A model generated the notes under the pieces. The model was given only the letters and a program-made list of their open reading frames with translations, was not told the origin of the DNA and searched no databases. A program made the position numbers and the translations under genes. Positions 48,301-59,605 of a DNA stretch of 64,000 bases are shown one piece after another. This DNA comes from Coniocarpon cinnabarinum (Eukaryota). The number at the start of each line of letters is the position of its first letter. The stretch's first letter is position 1. The DNA is taken from the NCBI GenBank assembly GCA_051942205.1, contig JAVECO010000046.1, forward strand, positions 1 to 64,000. The letters are read 5' to 3'.

Positions 48301-50663
48301 GCTTCGCCAAATGGCTCCCAGTCGGGTGGTGCAAAGTTGACCGCTTCATTGAAGTTGAAACCATGATTGAAACCTGCGTGGTACGCCTGTGGGAAGGTAA
48401 TCACCATTTGCCCAGCTCGCTGATCAACTGCGTAAACATTCACGCCTGCTTTCTTCAGCTGATCAGGTTGGAGCAATGTCACGAGCTGAAACAGTAGGTC
48501 GGGCTGCTTTTCGAACAGATCGGGTACAGCGTTGCGCATTGCCTCTTCGAACTTGAAAGCATCCTCGCCAGGAATGCCATACCAAGTCTTGGTGTCGCCA
48601 AAATGCTGATAGTTCGCGGAGTATGCGTAGTGATCTTCGTTGTGCCAGCAGAACGTGGAGAATATCATTCCCACGTAGAGCCATGGCACCGTCATACCAG
48701 AGATATCTGATTTAATGTAGCGAAAAAGTGACTCCGAATACAAGGGTAAGATGTTCAGATTCCATGCATCAATGGAGTACGGGTTTCGAGGTTGTGATTC
48801 GATCGTCGGGAACCCACTGCCATGTGTGGTCGAGTGTATATCGGCTCCGTACTCTACCTCTACGGTCTCTGTCAAGCTAGACACCAGGCGCCAGAATTCC
48901 CTCTCCACGTCATCCTCCGATATTTGCTTTGGGCCGTTGGTAACAGGATCGAACGGTTGCTTGTTCTTGAAATGATGCTCACGAAAGAAGAATGCACGTT
49001 CTTGGAATTGTTTAAGCGAGTATGTGCCGCCCTCTTCGAAGCCAAACTCGCCTGTACCAACGAGACACTTGGGGCAGTGCCAGTCAAAGTCTGGGACTGA
49101 ACTCAGTGGGGGTTCAAGGCAGTAGGTGTGGTACCCGTTGTGGCAACTTTCACAGAGTAGAATGTTTTTGTCGTCATCCCCTCCCTTGCAGACTTCGCAG
49201 TAGTCGCCAGGGCCCCAGTTGTTCTCCTTAAGTAACGATTGGCGTTGGTTAGATGGCCGTTGATTCATGTAAGACCCCATCACAGTAGGCGCTCCAGATT
49301 CTCGCTTTACACGCTTGTGGCTTCGTTCCTGAGGCAAATCAGGAATCCCTTCGTTGCCTTGTTCAGAGGAAGTACGCTTCAAATCGTGAGGCCCATACAT
49401 AGGTTGCTGGTGCTCTGAAAATGCGTGATGATTTGACGCTCCGTTGACCACACTTTGAGGGTAAAGAGGGTTCCTCTCCGTTCGTTGATCGTAGCCGAAA
49501 GCACCTTCATCGGGGAGTCGAAAACCGCTCTCTCTTGACTTGCTCCACTCGCTGTGCATTGATATGGGAGGACCATGTTCCTTATGAACAGTGAAACCAC
49601 TGTCATTCGGCAACTGGAAACCGCTTGAGACATTGATCGGGGCAAAGCCGGGGTGAGGGCGGTTGATGGCAGTGAAGCCAGCATTGATTGGAGTAAACCC
49701 AGAAGTTGCAGGAGGCGGTGTAGGAGGGACACGACGGCTCTCAGCTGGCTCTTGGGTGTCGGAACCATCATCTTCGATGGCGTCATGCAGCGCTTCAGAT
49801 GCTTGTGCGATAGGCGACGTCTTCCCCAAGCTAGACGGGGTTTGTTGGTGGCTCGGGACCCTCTTCATCGGCGAAGCTCCTGGCGACGGCGTGTTGTATG
49901 GACCGCCTCTCTCCTGCTCAATTTGCCATTGCACGGCTGGCTTTGCGCCCGCAAGATAGCGCTCATAAGGCTCCAACCACTTGGCGTAAGAATTCTTCAA
50001 TGATGTGGAAAGTGACGACATTATCTTCCCGCTGTACCCCAGCATTCGACCAATCTCCGCCCACTTTTTCCCCTTGCAGACACGCTCAAATCCGCCTCGG
50101 CTCTCGACCGCTTTCTTCAGCTCATACAAGTCTAGCGGCCGCTTGTCAACGCTGGGAAAGCGATTGAGGTTCATGCCTTGGGATTTGTGAAACTTGGACA
50201 ATTGGTCCAGGTAATCCAGGTTGGCACGTGTGCCTCCCTCACATGAGTTGAGTTCTTGCTTGCGAGTCTTGAAGTGAAACCTCGTGGTGTCGATGGCAAA
50301 GTCTGGGTTCCAGGTGTCTGGAGGAATGATCTTGAGGATGCCATAACGACTTCCCTCGGGTGCGATCTTCTGCATGTATTCCAAAGGATCTCGCCATTCC
50401 TCCTCAGTCGGTCTGTACGTAGGGGCTTCTGGGATGCCATGGATGTGGGTCCGTGGCGGTGGCTCTTTCGACGCAGTGGTTCTTCGCGGCACGCCCGCCA
50501 AGTCGAGAGGCTCTGCGACACGCGCACTGAGAGGAATGCTGGAAGCAATGGCGACAGAGCTGGCCGTTAAGCCATTGCGCGAGCGCGCTGGAGCAGTCGA
50601 CTGGGGGACAGGGCTAGGTTTCGAAGGGGCAATGGCAGCCCCTCCAACTGGTGCCGAGACCAT
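45384..50663 (-). CDS. kdmB: KDM5/JARID1-family H3K4 demethylase (JmjN, ARID, PHD, JmjC, C5HC2, PLU-1, PHD)
   Basis: Intronless 1759-aa ORF with APTYRPTEEEW, ARID region, two PHD fingers, and JmjC FCWHNEDH...YHAGFNHG with intact H-E-H iron ligands. Confidence 0.96.
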   Translation of the reverse strand: MVSAPVGGAAIAPSKPSPVPQSTAPARSRNGLTASSVAIASSIPLSARVAEPLDLAGVPRRTTASKEPPPRTHIHGIPEAPTYRPTEEEWRDPLEYMQKIAPEGSRYGILKIIPPDTWNPDFAIDTTRFHFKTRKQELNSCEGGTRANLDYLDQLSKFHKSQGMNLNRFPSVDKRPLDLYELKKAVESRGGFERVCKGKKWAEIGRMLGYSGKIMSSLSTSLKNSYAKWLEPYERYLAGAKPAVQWQIEQERGGPYNTPSPGASPMKRVPSHQQTPSSLGKTSPIAQASEALHDAIEDDGSDTQEPAESRRVPPTPPPATSGFTPINAGFTAINRPHPGFAPINVSSGFQLPNDSGFTVHKEHGPPISMHSEWSKSRESGFRLPDEGAFGYDQRTERNPLYPQSVVNGASNHHAFSEHQQPMYGPHDLKRTSSEQGNEGIPDLPQERSHKRVKRESGAPTVMGSYMNQRPSNQRQSLLKENNWGPGDYCEVCKGGDDDKNILLCESCHNGYHTYCLEPPLSSVPDFDWHCPKCLVGTGEFGFEEGGTYSLKQFQERAFFFREHHFKNKQPFDPVTNGPKQISEDDVEREFWRLVSSLTETVEVEYGADIHSTTHGSGFPTIESQPRNPYSIDAWNLNILPLYSESLFRYIKSDISGMTVPWLYVGMIFSTFCWHNEDHYAYSANYQHFGDTKTWYGIPGEDAFKFEEAMRNAVPDLFEKQPDLLFQLVTLLQPDQLKKAGVNVYAVDQRAGQMVITFPQAYHAGFNHGFNFNEAVNFAPPDWEPFGEAGAERLRDFRRQPAFSHDELLLTAATSKDIPIKTARWLAPALQRMLRQEKERRDAFEFAVEDKHMYKPRPESDFKYLFERETDKEDLPEEVYLCNYCKGFAYLSRFVCKNSNKVACLDHISDTACCEESAGHVVHVRMQTFRLEAMVQKVTDKARMPEAWEEKFEAAIVDSPKPQLKTLRTLLSEGERIPWHLPQLAELKKFVDRCNEWVDEAQSYITRKQQNRRKNSKAWRKSGQAKNADGEDKEDDLRKLDHLYKLLKEANRIGFECPEMVTLQERADAIAEFQRDARQALSDLDAVTTERMESLIEVGKSFPVEVPESEHLEKILRQMRWRDRASDASHAKSLQEVEELLLEAQAIKVPETNMYLLILQDSKLRGQMWENKARELLNVENVHFPQLDALSRQAVDLPVSRDTLSKIDAVLKKQREASAEIEKLFRRTQSPNLKDRPAYAELNDVVKLIADLTSKPAGAIDIERQQKKHEDWMRKGKRLFGKSNAPLHILHQHLQNVRDRNKYCFDIADTPRPPAEPNSREVTPETSQEDKSNKDVFCLCRRPESGMMIECTICHEWYHSKCLKIARGKVKDDDDFICPICDHTKKIPRDADRPKLEEMIDIQREMPWLPFQPEEEDTINEIVETAQAFRDHVQQYMQSTAVLTAEETPLIRFYLRKIEGGDILLAEETNFFKSELHRLFPVAGIAPRQQEISKSTRKPRPTKLQKLLNQHGVSTPEELPADAQSKIPKKRASQHQSNNSISGNPAEASRRSSTSHSGNAGSRQGHLPSGQTNGSSSSINFRTPLTTGTFPQHQQHDNRVRLDSPLFASAPSTGLNGPPSATTVPLGSPYESAASPITPGNPNHGSNNMFESGNAAGLAALAGQAQAFGVEDQGGSENGDNQSGFLDENAADTAGTTMFDSSPGGPPTGDADGAGMNIAGDSFGETMFADFTTDDNGPGENSGEGEKRGEGGNVDPALLP

Positions 50664-51502
50664 GCAGAGAGGCGCGCTGAGCTTTACCAGGCCAGATTAT
50701 CGCCGCAGTCGTAACCGGGACCGCTGCGAAAGAACTTGGACGACAGCAAGCTGAGGAGGCACTCGGTCGCCGGGAGAATGGCCGTCAGGAGGAGACTGGC
50801 ACATTAAGGGCTGTGAAGGTGGGGATGGAGAGATTGTCGAGCAGGAATGGCGGCGTGAGGTGATATACAGAAAAGCGGTAAGCCGACGTACACGTGCGAC
50901 GCCCGGGCGGCGGTGATTGAGCGGTGTATGAGGTGTACAGTGATGACTCCCAACGACGTGACTGGGGTCAGAAGGACAGCAGATAATCTCAACAAAGAAG
51001 GACGAGGCGGCCGTGAGTAATGGAGCGATATGGAGCAGAGGGAAAGAGTAAAGAGCGCCGTTGGCCGCCCTTCTGCGATGCAAGGTCACCCACCTCAATC
51101 TCTGCGGCCAGCCCTTTTGTCACCGACTCCGCCGGACGGCCACGGGGCTTGGTTCAGGCCACGACAGTCAGTACGGAGTGGACCACTTCGTCGTGTACGA
51201 TCGGTATGAGAGCAGCAGAATGGCATCCGACCAGCCTGCGGATACGCGGTATGAAAGTGCTCATGTCTTCTCAGTAGTGAGAAAAGAAAGATCAAATTGG
51301 CAGGCCTCTTGGCCCCTTCCGGCAGCTGCACCTCACTGGTATCCCTGCTGCCGAGCTCCGGCCTGCGTCACTCGCGCCAATCACAAACCCCCGATAAGCG
51401 CTCCCGGCGCTATACCCCATCCACCATTTGGTTGTTTATACGTCAATGCTCGTGTCAATAGTGATGGTCCTGGCCTCGTCTCTCCACTCAAGGCCTATCT
51501 CG

Positions 51503-52720
51503 ATGGATCGACCTATCCCAGCCTTCTATTGTGTCTACCTCCTCCGCTCGAAGCCATCTCCCCAGAGTTGTCTGTACATAGGCTCGACTCCTCACCCTCG
51601 CCGACGCCTGAGACAGCACAATGGAGCCTCGAAAGGAGGCGCCAACCGCACTCAGAGACAGCGTCCGTGGAAGATGTGCGTGCTCGTGACCAACTTTCCG
51701 AGCAAGATCGCAGCGTTGCAGTTCGAATGGGCCTGGCAACATCCCTTTCAAACCCGCCACATTACTGACCAGGAACGTGGAAAGCCTTTTTCAAGGGATC
51801 GGTTCGTACCTAAATCCGTTCGAGCGTGTATACCATACCTGCATTCCTTACTGCAGAATAAAGCTTTCGCTCGTTGGCCATTGCAACTCAACTTCCTGGC
51901 TGATGATGCGCACAAGGAATGGCAGCGTTATGCCTCCTCAGTCGCAAACAGTATCCCGCCTTGGATGACCGTGAAGCATATATCGAACGATGCTCACACG
52001 ACTCCTCGGTCTCGAAAGTCTCGGAAGACAACGCAGCAGGCATCCGAAAAGCATGAAGCACAAGTTCCAGCGGATGAGCCGCAGACATCGATAGATTGCC
52101 TGGACGTGACTTTCAAGCCAATGAAGCAGCAAGTAGAGAGATCCAACGAAAAACTTCTGCATCAGATTCTGAAATGCTCTCTCTGTCGAAATTCCTTCGA
52201 TCGCGAGATTGATTGTATCTTGACGTGCTCACACGTGGGCTGCAGCATGGTGGCGCATCTGGCGTGTCTTTCTGCACGATTCCTGCATGGTGAGTCACAG
52301 CACGAGGCTCTCGTACCTACGAACGGTAGCTGTCCGGAGTGCTGTGGTACCTTATCGTGGTCCGATCTTGTTAAAGATCTGTCACTTCGCATGCGCGGTC
52401 GATCGCAGATGCAAAAGCTCCTTAGAAAATCAAAGTTAAGAAAGGGCGGTGAGAAGCCAAAGGATACTAGCATCGAATCGACGATCAACCATTCTGATGA
52501 ACAAAGCTCAGAGGATGGGACCGACGATGAGGATGGCCTGCCAAACCTTGATGACCTCATGGTGGAAGCTGAGGATCGCGAATCAAAGAAGGGCACTGAC
52601 GCCACGCTTTCGCGTTTAACTCCTAAAGCGACGGTGATCCTCAAAACGTCGCGTAGTTTTGAAACTGGAGTTGTGGCCAATAGCGATACAGATGACCCAG
52701 AGGGCCTCTCCGATAGCTAA
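51503..52720 (+). CDS. SLX1: Structure-specific endonuclease catalytic subunit (GIY-YIG + RING)
   Basis: MDRPIPAFYCVYLLRS...LYIGSTPHPRRRLRQHNG...ALQFEWAWQHP; C-terminal CSLC...HLACL...CPEC RING. Confidence 0.96.
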   Translation: MDRPIPAFYCVYLLRSKPSPQSCLYIGSTPHPRRRLRQHNGASKGGANRTQRQRPWKMCVLVTNFPSKIAALQFEWAWQHPFQTRHITDQERGKPFSRDRFVPKSVRACIPYLHSLLQNKAFARWPLQLNFLADDAHKEWQRYASSVANSIPPWMTVKHISNDAHTTPRSRKSRKTTQQASEKHEAQVPADEPQTSIDCLDVTFKPMKQQVERSNEKLLHQILKCSLCRNSFDREIDCILTCSHVGCSMVAHLACLSARFLHGESQHEALVPTNGSCPECCGTLSWSDLVKDLSLRMRGRSQMQKLLRKSKLRKGGEKPKDTSIESTINHSDEQSSEDGTDDEDGLPNLDDLMVEAEDRESKKGTDATLSRLTPKATVILKTSRSFETGVVANSDTDDPEGLSDS

Positions 52721-52751
52721 ATTAGCAGAACAGAGGTTAGGAGTCTTGAGC

Positions 52752-53423
52752 TCAAATCCACGGTCCTACATGACGCAGAGGTGCCAATTCATCGTGAATG
52801 CGATTAATAGCTTTGTTGGCTTCACTGAGAACTTCTGCCGCAACTTCGCGAGGGGACTGGTCGCCATCGATAGCAACAAAATCTTCGCCATCGGGGCTAT
52901 CCTGCAGCTCAGCGAACATAGTGCGCACACGATCCTGCATCTCTCGTTTCTCATACTTCTCTTCGCCATAACCTCCGCGTGTGCCAGCATCATCTGAAGA
53001 TATGTAGAGAAACAAGCAGACGTCGGGGCGCGGCAAGCCTTCGTCAGATTTCCGCGCCCACTCGAGACCCAAATGTGGATTGTGCTTGGCTGCAGAGTAG
53101 ACGGCGCCGCTGTAATAATAGCGATCGATCACGACGGTTGTGCCTGCGACAAGGTCTGCTTCGATTGAGGCTGCGGCCTCCCAGCGATTTGCTGAGAAGA
53201 GCAGGTGGATGACATGGTCCTCAGCATGGGTGACGCCCTTCAAATAGCTATCAATCATCTGTCCAATCGGGGTGGTGCGGTCGGGGAATCGCATTGCTTT
53301 GACGCGATGGCCTTGCTTCGACAGGGAATTGGCAAGCTGTGCACATTGTGTCGACTTGCCAGCCTTGTCAAGGCCTTCGAAGACGATGAGCGCTCCCCTC
53401 GCCGCCGGATTATGATCTGCCAT
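52752..53423 (-). CDS. CDC8: Thymidylate kinase
   Basis: RGALIVFEGLDKAGKSTQ, RFPDRTTPIG, HLLFSANRWE, IDRYYYSG, GLPRPD and GYGEEKYE. Confidence 0.96.
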   Translation of the reverse strand: MADHNPAARGALIVFEGLDKAGKSTQCAQLANSLSKQGHRVKAMRFPDRTTPIGQMIDSYLKGVTHAEDHVIHLLFSANRWEAAASIEADLVAGTTVVIDRYYYSGAVYSAAKHNPHLGLEWARKSDEGLPRPDVCLFLYISSDDAGTRGGYGEEKYEKREMQDRVRTMFAELQDSPDGEDFVAIDGDQSPREVAAEVLSEANKAINRIHDELAPLRHVGPWI

Positions 53424-54386
53424 GCTTGCAGCCAGTGAGCTCCGCCCTCCGTGCAGGCACGTGAGAGTCGAAGTTGGGGATGCTGGAAGTGACACCAACT
53501 CGGCGGAGTTTAGCGCGAAACCTTGGCGACCGGGCCAAGTTCTCCTGTCTCCGGCAAGGGCCCTTCAGAGAAGTACTTGCCGCACAATAATTCAACGTCT
53601 TATGAATCGCGAGGCGCTTTCGCGGTTTTGCTGATAGCTATGTGACATCAATTGTTCTCACCGTATGGGCTCGTCGCCTAGACTGAGATCCGGCAACGAC
53701 TTTTGTCCCTCACCCTTGCGGAGTACTCCTCCAGCTGTGACGCGTTTGAAGACGTTGAGCGAGTTCTCTTCCAGCAGTCGATCTCTCACGCGAGCAAACC
53801 CCCTCACCATCAAGGACGGGAGATGACCAACACAAGGTTGACCATCTGCCGAGGCTGTTCAGCAAGTCGTTTCGAACCTGGCTGATCTTCGTTCTCGCTT
53901 TCCGCAAAACGCGTAAAACAAGCTTAAAAAGTTATTGCTCGTGCTGTCGCAACAAGGCTAGGCACGCGGAAGATCCCATCATTCGGCCAACGAGAATGCT
54001 GGTACCTCGCGAGGCTGCCCCAGGTGCCTGGTTTTGTCGCAAGCCCTTTGCAAGAGCGCGAAAGACTGTAGAGAGGAATCCCCGTCCCGAACCGGATGAC
54101 TTGGTCGTGAGCGTTCGTCTAGAGGTCTCGCCGAATGCGAACACGATGTTTTAGTCTGAGTGAATGTTGCGCTCGCATCCTTGACTTTCGGTACTGCTTC
54201 ATGGTTCCGTTGCTTTTGCGCTGTGGCTTTCCCGAAAGGCCTCCTTGCCCTATATCTTACAATGTTGCCCTTACTTGTTCTTCTTGAATGTGCTTTTGGG
54301 TGTCAACATCGTTCGAACAGTTTGCGGCTTTCTGGAGACAACGAACATAGGAAAACGTCATTGCAAACGTGGAAGTCATACCAAAA

Positions 54387-56211
54387 ATGGCTAAATCACG
54401 AGCATTACTGGGTGGCTTCGTTGCTCTTGTGTCCACAGTGAATGCGTCACAATCGATTGCTAGGCAGACTAGCAATGGCATGTCTCCCGCGCAAGTCTGC
54501 GCAGCGATACAGGACAGGATCACGCTTGCGAGCGATTTGCTATTTTCTGGTCAGGCTCTTGAGCACATTTTAGCCACTCCCGTGAACACTGATGTTGAGA
54601 CCAGGTTCACCCGACTTCGAGAGCGGCATACACCATTGGTACGGGTCTTCCACGCAGCTTCCCGCTTGTGTTTTCGAGCCAGGAACTCCTCAAGATGTGT
54701 CGACTGCTGTAAGTCTAGGGCTTCACACGGCTTCACAGGCTGCTAATAGTGAATGCACAGCTCGGGATCATCGCCGAAAATGAAACGCCATTTTGCATCA
54801 AATCTGGTGGTCATGCAAGCAATGCGGGCTTCTCAAGCACTACAGGTGTGCACATGTCCATGATTCGCATGAATCAAACGACCTTGTCCCCGGATAATTC
54901 AACAGTGGAGATAGGAATGGGCTTAGGATGGAGCCAAGTTTACAAGAGCCTGGAACCCACAGGATACAATGTCGTTGGTGGACGTGTGGCCGGGCCCGGT
55001 GTTGGTGGCTTCACGTTGGGTGGCGGATTTTCTTGGAAGAGCAATCAATTTGGCCTGACGTCAGATACTGTCAAGAGCTTCAAAGTGGTCTTGCCCAATG
55101 GTACGATCGCCTCTATCGATAGTGAAACATCTCCAGACGAATACTTTGCCTTGAAGGGTGGTCTCAACAGGTTCGGCATTGTCACTTCGGCGGTGTACTA
55201 CACGTGAGTTCTAACGATCTTGATTTTATAGACAGTACTGACTCGACAGTCTGGCAGTCATCCCCAGCCTCCACAAGTCTTTGCAGGCATTCGAGTCTAT
55301 CCTGCTAGGGATACTCAGGCGCTACTTCAAGCAACAGGTAAGGCTCTTCTGCCAGACTTTGTCTCGAAGGAGCTATGCATCAACTGATATGAGTAGCGGA
55401 CTTCAACAATAACAACAAGGACCCAAAAGCCCAGATTATACACACTTTGAACGGGGGCCTACTCGGCACGACTTCGCTTGTGCTATTCTTTTATGATGGG
55501 CCAACCGCACCGTCGTCCTTCGCCCCTTTCGACGCTATCAAGCCATCCATTGATCTTGTCAAGCCTCAGTCGTTCGCGTAAGTCATTCAAACTCCGATTA
55601 GGACACTATTGGATCTAACAAGATGGAAAGTTCCTTCGTCAGTTCCGTCAACTCCGCTTTGGAATCGCCGCCTCGAGGAACTTTCAATACGATCTCGACC
55701 TCTGACTTGACGCCTGCATTTCTTGCGGTAAGCTCCTTCATTCGAATTCGCTTTCTCAATCACAAATCGCGCTCGTTGACGTCTTCTCCTTTAGGCCGTT
55801 GCCAATCAGACCAAATACTTTGGAGCTATCGCTCCATTCCACTCGGGCAAAAGCATCTCATTCGACATCGAGCCCTTCCTACCAAGCTATGGTCAACACG
55901 CGACCGAGTCGGCATATCCACACAGCGGAAGTCCTCTTCCATTGAATCTCTATTTCAGCTGGACGGACGCAGCACAAGATGAGTGGTGGTATGACGCGAT
56001 GAGGGAGAGTGTAGCATTGCTGAAGAACGTGGCCAAGCAGGAGGGCATTGCGGGTGACTACACTGCATATCCGAATTACGCCATCGCAAACACCTCAGCC
56101 GAAGATTTGTACGGCACACAGAATGCGCAGAGGTTGCGAACCATCAAGCAGGCTGTCGATCCTACAAACATCATGGGGCTGACAGGAGGGTTTGATCTGG
56201 GCGCTAATTGA
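54387..56211 (+). CDS. Secreted FAD-linked oxidoreductase, BBE-like (VAO/PCMH superfamily)
   Basis: Signal peptide; PACVFEP, IKSGGHASN, VVGGRVAGPGVGGFTLGGG, ALKGGLNRFGIVT and C-terminal YPNYA...LYG...RLRTIKQAVDP. About seven short introns. Confidence 0.9.
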
Positions 56212-57453
56212 TGCTCCACAGACGCACTTGGGATTTCGCAGCAGCCGACTCAATCTAACATGAAGCTTCGCACAAGTTAGGACTCAATGACCCTTGACGC
56301 GAAACAGGAGCGAATGTGAAGCACGAATCACGTGTGCTGCGTGTCAAGAAGTCGCGTCGACTCAGGATCGACGCTCTCTTTTGTTCAGTAAAATTATCCG
56401 GGCAAGTGCCGTCGAAGTCCAGTCTCCAACAGGGATGGTGCCTGCCAAGACAGCTTGGCGGTTCCATGATTCTACCTATTGAAGGGGCTGGAGATCTTGG
56501 TCCTGAAGACACCTCAGTCTTCATTGAAGGCTTCCTGTCATCCCTTCGCACGGCGCCGCGAGACTTGGCCATCTGGCGTGCCCGGCAGCGCCTTGCGAAT
56601 TCAATGTCTTGACTGGCCTTCTCCGGCCGTACGTTGCGCTGCAGCCGAGCTTCTGTCAAAACTCCTTTGCGCCGGGCTGTCCTTGCCATCATCGCATTGA
56701 ACATTGAGCTCTCATGCTGTAGTCTTCGTGCAAAATGTCATCTGACCATCATTTGGCTCTCTGACTTATCGAAAGCTTCGAGGTCAGTTTTACCCAAATG
56801 AGGAAACTCGATGTGCCAGTACAAGGACTAGGGTAGGATGCATAATAGCAGGATCCTTGCCTGTATTACTACCGTCTCATCAAGCACCTACTTTTCGTTG
56901 ATTTGTGGGGTAAAAGTGGTACTTGCCTAGTGCAGACATCGCACAAGACTTCTCCAGATTGATGCGATTCATGGTAGACCCTGTCAGACACGTTGTCCAA
57001 CGCCCCAGGGCCTACCGCGACCGGCGCTTGTACGATCAGGTGTATGTGACAGCCACGGCCTAGAAGCAAGCAAGACCTGACATCCCTGCCTTGATCTCTG
57101 TTCTCTTGCTCTGCATCCCTGACATACGGTGAGAGACTTACCCCAAGTGGTCAGGCTTCGAGGCACAATGCGGAGCCGCATGGTCATTCAATTACTACTA
57201 CACAGCACAGCGATGGTAAACTACGATGCTGCATCTCGCGTCGGCACGCTGTCCGAGCGGCAAGAACGGATGCAAGCGCCGAGAGGCTCTCATTATAAAG
57301 ACATGACAACTACTCTGTCACTGTGAAGCATTCAGAAGCAATCAAGCCATTCTCTCGTTCCAATTCATTCACTCACTGCAGACTAAAGCTGCTCAGAAAC
57401 AGATCACTCACTCTTGATTGAACTATCACCGGCCAAGCCAGACCACCACCAAC

Positions 57454-58419
57454 ATGTTGAAAGCTCTTGCAGTCTTGAGCCCACTCGTCTCGAGTGTGGC
57501 GGCTCATGGCTGGCTCGCTTATGTAGGTTGCCTCATACACAATGAAAACGAGGCTCTGCGCGATGATTACTGACGGCTTACACAAGGTCACCGCCAATGG
57601 TGTCAACCACACGAATTACAACCCATCTGTCAATCCTTACCAGAATCCCGCCCCACCTTCGATTGGCTGGGTAAGACAACCCCTTCGAATATGTTGCCCA
57701 GTGCCCGACACTCACCCCTATGCTGCACTTCTGTGCTCCCATGCCCTTTCAGCTTTCCCACCAAGTCCCTCTAAAGCATTTCAATAACTAACGAATCCAT
57801 GTAGCACGCCTTGGATACCGACCTAGGTTTTGTCTCTCCTGATGCCTACGCCACCCCGGACATCATCTGCCACAAGAGCGCCACCAATGCCAATCAAAAC
57901 GTTCAGGTTGCCGCCGGCAGCGTGGTGACCCTTGATTGGCGCCCCTTCTACTGGCCCCACATTGGCACCATCATTACCTACCTCGCCAATTGCGGTGGCG
58001 ACTGCAGCACCGTTGACAAGACTACTCTCAAGTTTTTCAAGGTCGACGCTGTGGGCATCACCAGCCCCGGCAGCCCACCCAAGTGGGCTACCGACAAATT
58101 CGTCGCGCAAGGCAACCGCTGGACTTTCACCGTTCCGGCGTCGATTGCGCCCGGAAACTATGTTATGCGACACGAGATCATTGCGCTGCACAGCGCTGAA
58201 AACGCCAACGGTGCGCAGAACTACCCGCAGTGTGTCAACCTGCAGATTACTGGCACTGGAACCGCGAAGCCTGCTGGTGTGGCAGGTGAGGCACTGTACA
58301 AGAGCACCGACCCAGGCATCCTGTTCAACCCGTACACACAGGTCAACAGCTACCCAATCCCTGGCCCAGCCCTCTACACTGGTGGCGCGACCAAGCGAGA
58401 AGTGGGGTTTGAAGCATAG
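57454..58419 (+). CDS. AA9 lytic polysaccharide monooxygenase
   Basis: MLKALAVLSPLVSSVAA|HGW with His1 after the signal peptide; two introns (from about 57523 and 57671); DLGFV, DIICHK, WPHIG, RHEIIALHSA, AQNYPQC and YPIPGPALY. No CBM1. Confidence 0.96.
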
Positions 58420-58921
58420 CGACTGAGCGTTCTTGTCATGTTTGGGCATTGGAGTTGATGACGGTGCTTTAAATTCAAGGAGTACAAACGTAGGAATATG
58501 ATGTTCATGCTGGAACACTTACAGTGTTTGTGTTGCCTTCTGCCAACCGCAACGAACAAGTCATTGCCGTATCAATTGCCTTTATCAAATGCTTTTAATG
58601 TCGTGTTGAGTAGTGTCCTGTGTGCTCCGATCGATCGGATATCTGAATACATGTACAAGATCAAATGAGGCTAGTACGGAGAGCGGAGAGAAGAGAGATG
58701 AAGGGGAAAATAAGAGGGAAGAAAAGGGGTGAAACGGAAGTCCTTGGCATCAATCATCCGACCGTCGATTGTTACCTCAATCATCTTATCTGAAGTTGTC
58801 CCATCTCCCACCAGGATTACCTCTTGCCCTCTTCTACATCCTCTCTCCCTTTCCGTAAACACTCCAGAATCTCCTTTGACTTTGCGAGCGATGCACGCTC
58901 ACGGAACAGCTTCACTCAGCT

Positions 58922-59038
58922 ATGATGGAGCCTACGTACCTGATGATTGGGAGCGGCGTTTTCGGCGCCTCCACCGCCCTTCATTCAATCAATAAGTATC
59001 CTCGGCTTTGCGTAAAGAGAGTACATCTCCGTTCGTAA
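58922..59038 (+). pseudogene. N-terminal fragment of an FAD-dependent oxidase (sarcosine/fructosyl-amine oxidase-like)
   Basis: 38-codon ORF MMEPTYLMIGSGVFGASTALHSINKYP... with a GxGxxG Rossmann motif; no continuation found downstream. Confidence 0.55.
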
Positions 59039-59562
59039 GTTGAGGTCCTTTACCTTTTTCGCTGCTTGTGACCCTCAGCTCTTCATGAAGAAAAAAAAAA
59101 AAGGCTGATCCTTTCATTCGTCACGTCATGTACATACCATACAGTCTCGTTTGGGCTGTGCTCCCTTTGCCGTCGCTAACATGAGAGAAGACGCCTTGAC
59201 TGATTGCTGCACCCGGTCACATAGTTTCCCTTGGTCACATGAGCCATCAAGTAGCGATCATGCCGGACAAGCCTCACAGAAAGCTCCGTCGTCGTGAGTC
59301 CACAGTGCTGCAGCGGTGCACTGCTCTGGGGCCTCAATCGAAATCAGCAAGTACAATAGCCCTCTCGAAATTCACGCTGATATTTTTCATGCAAGTTGGT
59401 TCTCCGACAGAGTCACTGGCAATTCCAGCGCAGTAATTGATACCATGGCACGTGCCGAGTCCGACACGTTCACTGGAAGAGCATGATCAAAGTGAGTCGG
59501 GCAGGAGGATGGAAGGATAAGTCACTCAGAGATGGCTCTTGTGGAAAGAGGGGTGGTAGTAA

Positions 59563-59563
<1 letters not shown>

Positions 59564-59605
<42 letters not shown>
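59564..59605. repeat. (AGT)14 microsatellite
   Basis: Perfect trinucleotide run read directly. Confidence 0.95.

Noticed and set aside
56255..56704. 149-aa minus-strand ORF between the flavoprotein and AA9, and similar short ORFs at 53700-54150 and 36850-37250
   Set aside because: No motif, splice pattern or composition supporting a gene call.
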